10,490 nt of DNA from Candidatus Methylomirabilia bacterium (GCA_041492755.1 JBGPXN010000162.1:1-10490); one strand, 5' to 3'. Counted from the first letter of the stretch, positions 1-8,758 are shown. Program-made: numbers and translations. Notes: generated from the letters alone by a model not told the origin.

Positions 1-593
1 CGGACGGTGGCGCGGCCGATCTCCGCGGGGCCGGCCGTCTCGTCCACCTCGCCCTCCATCGGGTAGAGCGAGGCGTGCTCGAAGACGAAGACCGGATCGG
101 GGTCGCCGAGCGCCGCCAGCAACAGGCGTCGCGCGTCGTCGACCGTGCCGGGCGCGACCACCTTGATGCCGGGAACGTGCGCGTACCAGCCCTCCAGGCT
201 GTGCGAGTGCTGGGCGGCGAGCTGCCGGCCGCCGCCGGTGGCCATGCGCACCACGAGCGGGACCGACATCTGGCCGCCCGACATGTGCCGGAGCGCGGCC
301 GCGTTGTTCACGACCTGATCGAGCGCGAGCAGGCTGAAGTTGACGGTCATGACCTCGACGATCGGGCGCAGCCCACCGAGCGCGGCGCCGATGCCGGCGC
401 CGACGAACGTGCCTTCGCTGAGCGGCGTGTCCCGCACGCGCTCGGGCCCGAACTCCTCGAGCAAGCCGCGGCTCACCGCGAACGCGCCGCCGTAGCGCCC
501 CACGTCCTCGCCCATGAGGAACACGCGCGGGTCGGCGCGCATCGCCTCCTGCATCGCCGCGCGGGCGGCGTCGCGGTACGTCATCTTGGTCAT
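1..593 (-). CDS. pdhB: Pyruvate/2-oxoacid dehydrogenase E1 beta subunit, 5' part (runs off the left edge; absent from the ORF track)
   Basis: Manual translation from ATG at 593 gives [60 protein letters not shown], with the GEDVG..GG and RVxDTPxSE motifs of E1 beta. It starts 2 nt after the E1 alpha stop. Confidence 0.93.
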   Translation of the reverse strand, partial: MTKMTYRDAARAAMQEAMRADPRVFLMGEDVGRYGGAFAVSRGLLEEFGPERVRDTPLSEGTFVGAGIGAALGGLRPIVEVMTVNFSLLALDQVVNNAAALRHMSGGQMSVPLVVRMATGGGRQLAAQHSHSLEGWYAHVPGIKVVAPGTVDDARRLLLAALGDPDPVFVFEHASLYPMEGEVDETAGPAEIGRATV

Positions 594-595
594 GG

Positions 596-1642
596 TTACG
601 TGGGGGGCCCCGATATGGCCCCCCACACCCCCCCAACGCTCGGCAGCGCCCCGGCGGAGCCGTGGCGCTCCTCGGTCGTGTAGACGTCCTTCAGGAGATC
701 CTCCACGGGCTCCCACGGTCCGGCCTCGGCCTCGGCGACCGCCGCCGCGACTTCGGCCGCGACGGAGGCTTCGAGGGCGGACACGTCGGCGTCGGCGAGC
801 AGCCCGCGCTCGCGCAGCGCCGCCGTGAACAGCGTGATCGGGTCGCGACGCTTCCAGCGCTCGATCTCGTCCTTGCTGCGGTAGAGGTCGGGGTCGTACA
901 TCGAGTGCGCGCGGAACCGGTACGTACGCGCTTCGAGCAGGCGAGGTCCACCACCCCGGCGCACGGCGTCGGCGGCGCGACGCGCCGCCGCGGCCACCGC
1001 CAGAACGTCCATGCCGTCGACGACCGCGCCGGGCACGCCCCCCGCCTCCGCCTTGCGCACCACGTCGGTCTGCGCCTGGTGGCGCTCCAGCGCCGTGCCC
1101 ATCGCGTAGAGGTTGTTCTCGCAAATGAAGAGCACGGGCAGGCGCCAGAGGGCGGCGAGGTTGAGCGACTCGTGGAACTCGCCCTCGGCGACCGCGCCGT
1201 CGCCGAAGAAGCACGCGGTGACGGCCGGACGGTGCCGCATGGCGTCGGCGAGCGCGAGCCCGACCGCCACCGGCAACCCGCCGCCGACGATGGCGTGGCC
1301 GCCCCAGAAGCGGCGCGCGACGTCGAAGAGATGCATCGAGCCGCCGCGCCCGCGGCTACAGCCGTTGGCCTTGCCGTACATCTCGGCCATGACGGCGCCG
1401 GCCGGGATGCCGCGCACGAGCGCCTGCCCGTGCTCGCGGTACGTCCCAATCACGTTATCCTCCACGCTCAGCGCCTCCATCGCGCCCACGGCCACGGCTT
1501 CCTCGCCGATGCAGAGGTGCAGAAATCCCCGGATCTTGCCGGCCGTGTAGAGCTCGGCCGCCTTCTCCTCGAACCGGCGGACCAGCAGCATCTGCCGCAA
1601 CAGGCCCACGCCGCGGTCGCGATCGAGCGTGACGGCGATCAC
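596..1642 (-). CDS. pdhA: Pyruvate/2-oxoacid dehydrogenase E1 alpha subunit
   Basis: Motifs [31 protein letters not shown]-binding GDG...CENN and TYRFRAHS. The likely start is GTG at 1642 (VIAVTLDRD), which overlaps the acsA stop as GTGA. Confidence 0.93.
   Translation of the reverse strand: MIAVTLDRDRGVGLLRQMLLVRRFEEKAAELYTAGKIRGFLHLCIGEEAVAVGAMEALSVEDNVIGTYREHGQALVRGIPAGAVMAEMYGKANGCSRGRGGSMHLFDVARRFWGGHAIVGGGLPVAVGLALADAMRHRPAVTACFFGDGAVAEGEFHESLNLAALWRLPVLFICENNLYAMGTALERHQAQTDVVRKAEAGGVPGAVVDGMDVLAVAAAARRAADAVRRGGGPRLLEARTYRFRAHSMYDPDLYRSKDEIERWKRRDPITLFTAALRERGLLADADVSALEASVAAEVAAAVAEAEAGPWEPVEDLLKDVYTTEERHGSAGALPSVGGVWGAISGPPT
597..674. repeat. Two-hairpin GC-rich palindromic repeat, copy 1 (inside the pdhA 3' end)
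   Basis: Perfect 10-bp stem GTGGGGGGCC/GGCCCCCCAC (600-626), a C-tract, CGCTCGG, and a second stem AGCGCC.CGGC/GCCG.GGCGCT (645-669). Hand alignment to 10409-10485 gives about 61/78 identity. Confidence 0.85.
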
Positions 1643-3414
1643 GGCGCCGCGGCCCCGTCGCTCTCCAGCGTCGAGAGGTCGCCCTCCGGCAGACCCAGCT
1701 CCCGCGCCTTGAGCAGCCGTCGCATGATCTTGCCGCTGCGCGTGCGCGGCAGGGCGGTGCGGAAGTCCAGCTCCTTCGGCGCCACCACCGCGCCGAGCCG
1801 GGCGCGTGCGTGCCCGAGCAACTCGCGCCGCAGCTCCGGCGTCGGCTCGCGGCCCGCCTTGAGGGAGACGAACGCCTTGATGATCTCGCCGGCCACCGGG
1901 TCCGGCTTGCCGATCACACCGGCCTCGGCCACCGCGGGATGCTCGAGGAGCACGCGCTCGACCTCGAACGGGCCGACCAGATGCCCGGACGTCTTGATGA
2001 CGTCGTCGGCGCGGCCGACGAACCAGAAATAGCCATCGGCGTCGCGGCGGACGAGATCGCCCGAGAGATACCATCCGCCCGCGAAGCACTTCTGGTAACG
2101 CTCCGGCTCGTTCCAGTAGGCGCGGAACATCGAAGGCCACCCGGGCCGCAACGCCAGCTCGCCCTGCGCATCTGGCGTATCGATCACCTCGAGGGCGCCG
2201 TCACCGTGGCGGCGCACGACGGCGGCGTCGACGCCGGGGAGTGGACGCCCCATCGAGCCGGGGCGAATGTCCACGGCCGCGAAGTTGGCGATCATGATGC
2301 CGCCCGTCTCCGTTTGCCACCAGTTGTCGTGGAACGGTTGCCCGAACGCCTCCTGTCCCCACACGACGGCCTCCGCGTTGAGCGGTTCGCCCACGCTGGC
2401 GGCGAAGCGGAGGGCGGGAAAGTGGTGCTGGCGGGCCAGCGCCGTCCCGGCCTTCATGAGCATCCGGATCGCGGTCGGCGCCGTGTACCACACGTTCACC
2501 TTCTCGGTGTCGAGGATGCGATACCAGCGCTCGATGTCGAACTCGGCCTCGTCGACGATGCTGGTCACGCCGTTGGTGAGCGGCGCGACGATGCCGTACG
2601 ACGTTCCCGTGACCCAGCCGGGATCGGCCGTGCACCAGTAGACGTCGCCCTCGTGCAGATCGAGCGCGAAGCGGCCGGTCACGTGATGGGCCACGACCGC
2701 GCCGTGAACGTGGAGCGCGCCCTTCGGCTTGCCCGTCGTCCCGCTCGTGAAGTGCAGGAGCGCGGGCGTCTCGGGCTCCGTCGGTCCGATCGCGTAGTCC
2801 TCGCCGGCCGTCGCCATCAGGGCGGTCCAGTCGTGCGTGTCGCGCACGTCAGTGCGCTCATCGCCCTCCCCGACGAGGATGACGTGGTGGAGCGCGGGGA
2901 GCAGGGCCCGGAGCGCGGCGACCTTCCGCCGATAGAGCGCCTCGGTCGTGACGAGGACGGACGCCTCGCCGATGGCCAGACGCGAGCGCACGGGCTCCGG
3001 GCCGAAGGCCGAGAAGAGCGGGCAGAAGACCGCGCGATGCTTGAGGGTGCCGAGCGCCGTGACGTAGAGCGCCGGCACCCGGCCGAGCAGCGCGTATACA
3101 CGGTCGCCGGCGGCCACGCCGAGTCCGGCGAGGACGTTGGCGAAGCGGTTCGAGAGCGCGGCGAGGCCGGCGTACGTGTACTCCGCGACGGTGCCGGACT
3201 TGCCGAGCCATCGCAGCGCGACGCGCCCTGCCCGCGGGCCCGCCGCGTGTCGGTCCACGGCCTCATGGGCGATGTTCAGGCCGCCGCCGGGCAGACCATC
3301 AAGGAGCGTGCGCGCGCCGTCCCACGTAAACGTCGCGCGCACGCGATCGTAGTGGTCGAGATTGGGCCCGACCGCGTCGATACCCGGGCGCTTGACGATC
3401 GGCGCCCAGCTCAC
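1639..3414 (-). CDS. acsA: Acetate--CoA ligase (AMP-forming acetyl-CoA synthetase), about 591 aa
   Basis: AMP-binding [42 protein letters not shown] and the C-terminal [12 protein letters not shown] motif. GTG at 3414 is preceded by a GAGGA Shine-Dalgarno and lies downstream of a sigma54 motif. Confidence 0.93.
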   Translation of the reverse strand: MSWAPIVKRPGIDAVGPNLDHYDRVRATFTWDGARTLLDGLPGGGLNIAHEAVDRHAAGPRAGRVALRWLGKSGTVAEYTYAGLAALSNRFANVLAGLGVAAGDRVYALLGRVPALYVTALGTLKHRAVFCPLFSAFGPEPVRSRLAIGEASVLVTTEALYRRKVAALRALLPALHHVILVGEGDERTDVRDTHDWTALMATAGEDYAIGPTEPETPALLHFTSGTTGKPKGALHVHGAVVAHHVTGRFALDLHEGDVYWCTADPGWVTGTSYGIVAPLTNGVTSIVDEAEFDIERWYRILDTEKVNVWYTAPTAIRMLMKAGTALARQHHFPALRFAASVGEPLNAEAVVWGQEAFGQPFHDNWWQTETGGIMIANFAAVDIRPGSMGRPLPGVDAAVVRRHGDGALEVIDTPDAQGELALRPGWPSMFRAYWNEPERYQKCFAGGWYLSGDLVRRDADGYFWFVGRADDVIKTSGHLVGPFEVERVLLEHPAVAEAGVIGKPDPVAGEIIKAFVSLKAGREPTPELRRELLGHARARLGAVVAPKELDFRTALPRTRSGKIMRRLLKARELGLPEGDLSTLESDGAAAP

Positions 3415-3458
3415 GTCGTGATCCTCATCACCGCCTCCAGAGCTGACGCCGTACGCGG

Positions 3459-3475
3459 TGCATCGTGAGTGCCAG
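3459..3475 (-). promoter_or_regulatory. sigma54 (-24/-12) promoter for acsA-pdhA-pdhB
   Basis: Minus strand reads CTGGCAC-TCACG-ATGCA. GG-N10-GC spacing is exact, with one mismatch to TGGCAC-N5-TTGCW. It lies about 45 nt upstream of the acsA start. Confidence 0.7.
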
Positions 3476-3532
3476 ACACGCGCGCAGCGTTTTCGTGGAT
3501 TTCGAAGCGCCGAAGCTGGTGCCGGCTCCGCA

Positions 3533-3574
3533 CGATGGGGCGCCCGTGGGGCGGCTGTCCCGCGCGCGCCCCAC
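3533..3574. promoter_or_regulatory. Candidate upstream activator sequence (array of YGYCYCRY half-sites)
   Basis: Half-sites begin at 3535 (ATGGGGCG), 3546 (GTGGGGCG), 3556 (TGTCCCGC) and 3567 (CGCCCCAC), spaced 10-11 bp apart. Closely related sequence occurs at 8759-8789. Confidence 0.5.
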
Positions 3575-3615
3575 CCGGCATTCGCCACAGCGTCGCGATT
3601 TCGCGACGTTGGCCG

Positions 3616-3631
3616 TGGCAGGTTGGTTGCA
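3616..3631 (+). promoter_or_regulatory. sigma54 (-24/-12) promoter for the pfkB-family gene
   Basis: TGGCAG-GTTGG-TTGCA with exact spacing, about 40 nt upstream of GTG 3671. Confidence 0.72.
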
Positions 3632-3670
3632 CCCTCGGCGACTCCCAGCATGCGCACGGAGGTGGCGAGC

Positions 3671-4639
3671 GTGAACGTGTCGAGGTCCGTCGAGAGCGCG
3701 TCGGCTTCCATCGTGACGCTGACCATGAACCCCGCGCTCGATGCGAGCACGAGCGTCCCGTACGTCCTGCCCGATCAGAAGCTCCGGTGCGGCCCGCCGT
3801 GCTACGAGCCCGGCGGCGGCGGGATCAACGTCGCGCGGGCCGTGACCCGGCTCGGCGGCGATGCGCTCGCATGTCTTCCGGTCGGCGGGCCCGCGGGCGA
3901 TCTCCTGATGCGTCTGCTCGCCCGCGAGGGCGTCCGCCACCGTGCCGTGCCGGTCGCGGGCTGGACGCGCGAGAACGTGAACGTGCTCGAGGACGTGAGC
4001 GGACGCCAGTTCCGCTTCTGCATGCCGGGCCACACGCTCGCGCCGGCGGAATGGGCGGGGTTCCTCGACATGGTGACCGGGCTTTCGCCGGCGCCCCAGT
4101 TCCTCGTCGCGAGCGGCAGCCTTCCTCCCGGCGTGCCCGTCGACTTTTACGCGCGCCTGGCCGCCGTCGCGAACGCCAGGGATATCCGCGTGGTGCTCGA
4201 CACGTCCGGCGAGCCGCTCGCAGCCGCGGTCGAGCGCGGCGTGTTCCTGTTGAAGCCGAGCCTGCGCGAGTTTCAGGCGCTGACGGGCGGACGCGAGTAC
4301 GACGACGTCAGCCTGGCCCAGGCCGCAGGCGATGCCGTCAAGCGTGGCTGGTGCAAGGTCCTCGTCCTCTCGCTCGGTGCCAGCGGCGCCTTCTGGGCGG
4401 ACGCGAGCGGGCGTGAGCGCCTCGCCGCCCCCGCCGTGACCGTGAAGAGCAGCGTCGGCGCCGGCGACAGCCTCGTTGCCGGCATCGTGTTTTCGCTCGC
4501 CGAGAAGCGTGCGATCGGCGAAGCCGTGCGGTTCGGCGTGGCTGCCGGCGCCGCCTCGGTGATGAACCCGGGCACGGAGCTCTGCCATCGCGAGGACGTC
4601 GAGCGCCTGTATCCCCAGGTCCTCGTCTCTCCGGCCTAG
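3671..4639 (+). CDS. pfkB: PfkB/1-phosphofructokinase-family hexose-phosphate kinase, about 322 aa
   Basis: Motifs [48 protein letters not shown] and [11 protein letters not shown] 3671 follows GGAGGT (3658-3663) at a 7-nt spacing; ATG 3650 is an alternative start. Confidence 0.88.
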   Translation: MNVSRSVESASASIVTLTMNPALDASTSVPYVLPDQKLRCGPPCYEPGGGGINVARAVTRLGGDALACLPVGGPAGDLLMRLLAREGVRHRAVPVAGWTRENVNVLEDVSGRQFRFCMPGHTLAPAEWAGFLDMVTGLSPAPQFLVASGSLPPGVPVDFYARLAAVANARDIRVVLDTSGEPLAAAVERGVFLLKPSLREFQALTGGREYDDVSLAQAAGDAVKRGWCKVLVLSLGASGAFWADASGRERLAAPAVTVKSSVGAGDSLVAGIVFSLAEKRAIGEAVRFGVAAGAASVMNPGTELCHREDVERLYPQVLVSPA

Positions 4640-4765
4640 CCTGAGGCGAGGACGGCGTCATGGCGATCGCAGGTGCGTGGTTCGATCAGGCGCGCTTACA
4701 GCAGGAAGACTGAATAGGCGAAGGCCGAGGCGCGTCCGAGGAGTGCGAAGAGCACCGCAGCACCC

Positions 4766-6250
4766 ATGACCTTCAGAGAGGCCGACCGAGACTCGGACGT
4801 CGACACGATCGCCCCGCTCGCAATCGAGAATGAGGCGGCTCCGGTGAACCTCGCGGTGGAACCGACCGACGTCGACCTGGCCGTCTTCGCGAGGGCGGAG
4901 GAAGACGAGCCGGCGATTCCCGATGCCCTGCCGGAGCGCGACACCGTCCGTCTGTACCTGAACGAGATCGGCCGGGTGAAGCTGCTGACGGCCCGGCAGG
5001 AGGTCGAGATCGGGCAGCGGATCGAGCAGGGACAGATCGAGCTGCTCCGCCGGCTGGCTGCGTTGCCGTTCATCGTGCGAGCCCTGCTGGATGCCGGGGA
5101 CCGGATCCGCATGCGTCGGGGCGATCCGCGGGAGGTCATCCAGCTTTCCGAGGGTCGGGACCTCGATGAGGCGCAGCTGAGGCCGGTGCTCCGCTCCTTC
5201 GCGCGGATCCGCCGGCTCGAGGCCGAGATCGCGCGCCTCCGCCGATCGCTGGCGAGCCGTTCGTTCGCGGCCGGAACGCGCCGAACCCATGCCGGCTGGA
5301 TCACCGCGAACCGCGAAGCCATCCAGGCGGCGGTCGCCGACCTGCCGCTGAAGTCGACGTTCATCGACCGGCTGATCGCCAGCGTACGCGATGTTGCGGC
5401 CCGGGCCGCGGCGCTCGCCGGCGCCGATAGCCAAGAGGCGAGGCGGGAGCTCAGAGCCGTGAAGCGCGAGGGGGGGCTCTCGTACCCGCGACTCCGCACC
5501 CTGCTGGCCGAGATCGAACACCACGACGCCGCGGTACGGCAGGCCAAGCGGGAACTGACCGAAGCCAACCTGCGCCTCGTCGTCTCGATCGCCAAACGCT
5601 ATCTGCGCAGCGGTGTGCCCCTGCTCGATCTCGTCCAGGACGGCAATCTCGGGCTGCTCCGAGCCGTGAATGGCTTTCAGTACCGGCGCGGCTTCAAGTT
5701 CTCGACGTACGCCACGTGGTGGATCCGCCAGGCAATCAGCCGCGGCATCGCGGACCGATCCCGGACGATCCGCGTCCCGGTGCACCAGGTCGAGGCACTG
5801 AACAAGCTCGCGCGCCTGAGCCGGCAGCTCTCCGGGACACTCGGCCGCTCGCCGACACCCGACGAGCTGGCGCGGCACGCCCGGCTTCCACTCGACAAGG
5901 TGCAGATGGTCCTCGACGCGGTACGCGAGCCGGTGTCGCTGGAGACGCCGCTCGGTGACGAGCTCGTGCTCGGCGAACGGATCGCGGATACGACCGTCGC
6001 GTCACCCAGCGACGCAGTGCTGGCGCGGGACCTGGCGAGAGAGATCGGGCGGGCGGTGGCGAGACTGACGCCGAAGGAGCAGACCGTGCTGCGGATGCGG
6101 TTCGGCATCGGCGACGAGGAGCCCCACACGCTGGAGGAGATCGGCCAGCACTTCGCCCTCACCCGCGAGCGTATCCGCCAGATCGAGGTCCGGGCGCTCG
6201 CCAAGCTACGCCAGCACCCGCGGGACCTCGAGTTCTTCACCCAGAACTAG
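4766..6250 (+). CDS. RpoD-like sigma70-family RNA polymerase sigma factor (probably a non-primary paralogue)
   Basis: Region 1.2 [17 protein letters not shown], a non-conserved insert, region 2 [13 protein letters not shown] and [16 protein letters not shown], region 3 RTIRVPVH, and region 4 [20 protein letters not shown]. The start is uncertain; GTG 4844 with GAGG 8 nt upstream is an alternative. Confidence 0.9.
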   Translation: MTFREADRDSDVDTIAPLAIENEAAPVNLAVEPTDVDLAVFARAEEDEPAIPDALPERDTVRLYLNEIGRVKLLTARQEVEIGQRIEQGQIELLRRLAALPFIVRALLDAGDRIRMRRGDPREVIQLSEGRDLDEAQLRPVLRSFARIRRLEAEIARLRRSLASRSFAAGTRRTHAGWITANREAIQAAVADLPLKSTFIDRLIASVRDVAARAAALAGADSQEARRELRAVKREGGLSYPRLRTLLAEIEHHDAAVRQAKRELTEANLRLVVSIAKRYLRSGVPLLDLVQDGNLGLLRAVNGFQYRRGFKFSTYATWWIRQAISRGIADRSRTIRVPVHQVEALNKLARLSRQLSGTLGRSPTPDELARHARLPLDKVQMVLDAVREPVSLETPLGDELVLGERIADTTVASPSDAVLARDLAREIGRAVARLTPKEQTVLRMRFGIGDEEPHTLEEIGQHFALTRERIRQIEVRALAKLRQHPRDLEFFTQN

Positions 6251-6351
6251 GACGAACCCTTCGATCGCGTCGTCCAGAGCCACACGACCAATCCGGCGAG
6301 GATGACGACTCCGACGACGACGATCCACTGATCACGGATCGCTTCGACCAT
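6247..6351 (-). CDS. Small single-pass membrane protein, 34 aa ([34 protein letters not shown])
   Basis: ATG 6351 is preceded by purine-rich AGAGAGGGGAGACCC, 13 nt after the upstream stop. It has an uninterrupted ~18-residue hydrophobic stretch followed by a basic tail. Confidence 0.62.
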   Translation of the reverse strand: MVEAIRDQWIVVVGVVILAGLVVWLWTTRSKGSS

Positions 6352-6364
6352 GGGTCTCCCCTCT

Positions 6365-7513
6365 CTATCCGGCCACGCCGTGGGCGCGACCGACCTTCGC
6401 GAACGCGGCCACCGCCCGCTCGAGGTGCGACGCTTCGTGCGCGGCGCTGATCTGCACCCGGATCCGCGCCTGGTCGCGACCGACGACGGGGTAGGAGAAG
6501 CCGATCACGTACACGCCCTCGTCCAGCAGGTCCGCGGCCATTCGCTGTGTGAGCCGCGCGTCGCCGAGCATGATCGGGACGATCGGATGGACACCGGGGC
6601 GGATCGCGAAGCCGGCCTCGCTCATGGCCTGCCGGAACCAGCGCGTGTTCGTCTCCAGCTTGAGGCGGCGCTCGCCTGCCGTCGAGAGCAGCTCCAGGCA
6701 CGCGAGCGAGGCGCAGACGATCGCGGGGGCGAGCGTGTTGGAGACATAACCGCTCAGCGCCGGCGCGTCCATCAGGGCGAGCAGCGCGCGGATCGCGTCC
6801 GGCATGGCGAGTAACGGGATCCGTGTGTCCTCGCGCACGAAGCACGCGTACGGTCGTCCTTGCGCGGCGGCGTGGATCATCTCCGGCGCGTAGTCGCTGG
6901 TGCCGCCGCTGGGGATGGTGAACGCGGAGATCAGCCCGGGAAAGCGAATCGCGCGGAAGTCGACGGCGCCCGGCGGCTCGGCCGCTGCGAGCTGCCGGTA
7001 GTGCCGGGCGAAGTAGCGCCCAAGGTGCTCACAGTAGAGCTTGGTGCACCCGTACATGGTGATCGGCTCGGTCCACTCGCGCTCCGTCACCCGGCCCGTC
7101 GCGCGCTTGGTGGCCAGATCGGGCAGCCCGTACACCGCGATCGAGCTGGGAAAGAGGAACTTCACCGGACGCCCGTGCGCGCGCGCTTCCTCCCGGGCCA
7201 GCGCGAGGAGGTTCAGCGTGCCCTGCACGTTCACGGCGTGCGCGGTCTCGGGCACGAACTCCGCCCGCGTCGACAGGAGCGCGGCCAGGTGAAAGATCGC
7301 CGAGATCTCGAACTCGCTGCGGATGCGATCGAGCAGGTGACGGTCGAGGACGTCGCCGATCCATTGCGCCGAGCACCGCCGCGCCAGCTCCGGGTCCAGC
7401 GGGCGGAGGTCGAGGGCGACGATCTCGACGCCTCCGGCGTCGGCGAGGTGGTGGATCAGGCCATGGCCCATCTCACCGCTGGCGCCGGTCACGAGCACGA
7501 TCGGACGTCGCAC
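6365..7513 (-). pseudogene. In-frame chimera: SDR-type L-threonine 3-dehydrogenase-like N-terminal ~257 aa fused to the C-terminal ~125 aa of glycine C-acetyltransferase (Kbl); probable deletion product
   Basis: The N-terminal part has TGASGEMG, HLAALLS, PSSIAVYG, YGCTK, FPGLIS and GGTSDYA. From 6742 it reads SNTLAPAIV...HPIVPIMLGDA...GVYVIGFSYPVV..QARIRVQISAAH, the Kbl C-terminus. No PLP-lysine motif is present. Confidence 0.78.
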
Positions 7514-7531
7514 GAGAACGCGGTCCGACGT

Positions 7532-8593
7532 TCACCGCCGGCCGGCGCCCGAGAGTTCGCGACCGGCCTGCTCCATCTCGGGCGTGTAGCGACCCTCGCG
7601 GGCGGCGCTGTTGCAGCGGGCCCGATGCGCGAGGGCGTCCTGGGCGGCGCGGACGTTGCCCGCCTGGCCCCCCCAGGTCCGCATGGCCGTGGCCTGCAGC
7701 GCCCGCGCGTAGGAGAAGCCGAGCTCCCAGGGCCGCGCTTGCTCCATGGCGTTCATCGCGTTGAGGTGCGCGGTGGCGTGCACCTCGTCCTGGCCGCCCG
7801 AGAGGAAGACGATCCCAGGGACGGCGGCCGGGACCGTGCGCCGCATGCAGCGGATCGTGGCCTCGGCCACCTCCTGGACGTCGGCCTGCTGCGGACAGGC
7901 CTTCCCCGGGAGGACCATGCTCGCCTTGAGGAGCATCGCTTCGAGCACCACGCCTTGATGGACCAGCGCGGAGAAAACGGTGCGCAGGGTCGCCTCGCTC
8001 ACCTCGAAGCACCGCGCGATCGAGTGATCGCCGTCCATCAGCACTTCGGGCTCCACGATCGGGACGAGCCCCGCCTCCTGGCACAACGCCGCATACCGGG
8101 CGAGGGCGTGGGCGTTCGTCTCCAGGCAATAGTCGCTCGGAATGCCCGTGCCGATGGTGATGACCGCGCGCCACTTCGCGAAGCGCGCGCCGAGGGCCCG
8201 GTACTCGGTGAGGCGCTCGCGGAGTCCATCGAGACCTTCGGTGATCACCTCGCCGGATGCGCCGGCGAGCGGCTTCGTGCCCTTGTCGACCTTGATACCG
8301 GGCACGATTCCCTGACGAGCGAGCACTTCGGGGAAGGGCGCTCCGTCATCGGCGTGCTGCCGGAGGGTCTCATCGAAGAGAATCACGCCGCTGATGTACG
8401 CGCCGAGTCCGGGCGTGGTGAAGAGCATCTGGCGATAGCGGCGTCGCTGCTCCTCGGTGTCCTCGATGCCGAGTGCCGCCAGACGCTTCGCGATCGTCGG
8501 CTGGCTCTCGTCGGCGGCGAGGATCCCCTTGCCGCGGGCCACCAGCGCCCGCGCGACCGATTCGAGATCCGTCAGGCTCACGCTCGCGCTCAT
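7532..8593 (-). CDS. Fructose-bisphosphate aldolase class I (eukaryote-type glycolytic family), about 353 aa
   Basis: Motifs GKGILAADES, ISGVILFDETL, PGIKVDKG, GARFAKWRAVI, LVPIVEPEVLMDGDH, Schiff-base lysine motif LLKASMV, FLSGGQ and FSYARALQ. The start is ATG 8593. Confidence 0.94.
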   Translation of the reverse strand: MSASVSLTDLESVARALVARGKGILAADESQPTIAKRLAALGIEDTEEQRRRYRQMLFTTPGLGAYISGVILFDETLRQHADDGAPFPEVLARQGIVPGIKVDKGTKPLAGASGEVITEGLDGLRERLTEYRALGARFAKWRAVITIGTGIPSDYCLETNAHALARYAALCQEAGLVPIVEPEVLMDGDHSIARCFEVSEATLRTVFSALVHQGVVLEAMLLKASMVLPGKACPQQADVQEVAEATIRCMRRTVPAAVPGIVFLSGGQDEVHATAHLNAMNAMEQARPWELGFSYARALQATAMRTWGGQAGNVRAAQDALAHRARCNSAAREGRYTPEMEQAGRELSGAGRR

Positions 8594-8643
8594 TCGATGA
8601 TCCGGTCGATCTTTGGTGGACAATCCTTCCTGATCTTCGTCAT
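8590..8643 (-). CDS. 17-aa upstream ORF (MTKIRKDCPPKIDRIIE) coupled to the aldolase
   Basis: AGGAGGGAGCG lies directly before ATG 8643, and the TGA stop overlaps the aldolase ATG (ATGA, 8590-8593). Confidence 0.5.
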   Translation of the reverse strand: MTKIRKDCPPKIDRIIE

Positions 8644-8680
8644 CGCTCCCTCCTGGTGTTCGAGCGGCTGCCGCCTGTAG

Positions 8681-8696
8681 CGCAAGCCGAGTGCCA
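8681..8696 (-). promoter_or_regulatory. sigma54 (-24/-12) promoter for the aldolase unit
   Basis: Minus strand reads TGGCAC-TCGGC-TTGCG, essentially consensus, about 38 nt upstream of ATG 8643. Confidence 0.8.
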
Positions 8697-8713
8697 CCGC
8701 GCGATCTCTGGAA

Positions 8714-8726
8714 AACCAAGGTCTTG
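8714..8726 (+). promoter_or_regulatory. Possible IHF site
   Basis: AACCAA-GGTC-TTG has one mismatch to WATCAR-N4-TTR and lies between the sigma54 motif and the candidate enhancer. Confidence 0.3.
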
Positions 8727-8758
8727 GCGATGACACCACACCGGGGCCGGGGCACCCG

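Noticed and set aside
1643..2140. N-terminal extension of the 514-aa ORF, or an acsA-pdhA frameshift fusion
   Set aside because: It is an alternative frame inside acsA with Arg/Gly-rich non-protein-like sequence. acsA is complete and a GTGA coupling explains the junction.
3415..3750. ORF-track N-terminal extensions of acsA (to 3750) and pfkB (from 3458)
   Set aside because: They would overlap head-to-head and cover the promoter motifs. Better starts with Shine-Dalgarno sites exist at 3414 and 3671.
4688..4703. AGGCGC-GCTTA-CAGCA as a sigma54 promoter for the sigma gene
   Set aside because: The GG-N10-GC spacing fits, but both boxes deviate from consensus and such matches arise by chance at this GC content.
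6741..6760. Sequencing adapter at the tdh/kbl junction (GAGACATAACCGCTCAG)
   Set aside because: Only GAGACA is shared with the Nextera mosaic end, which is too short to call.
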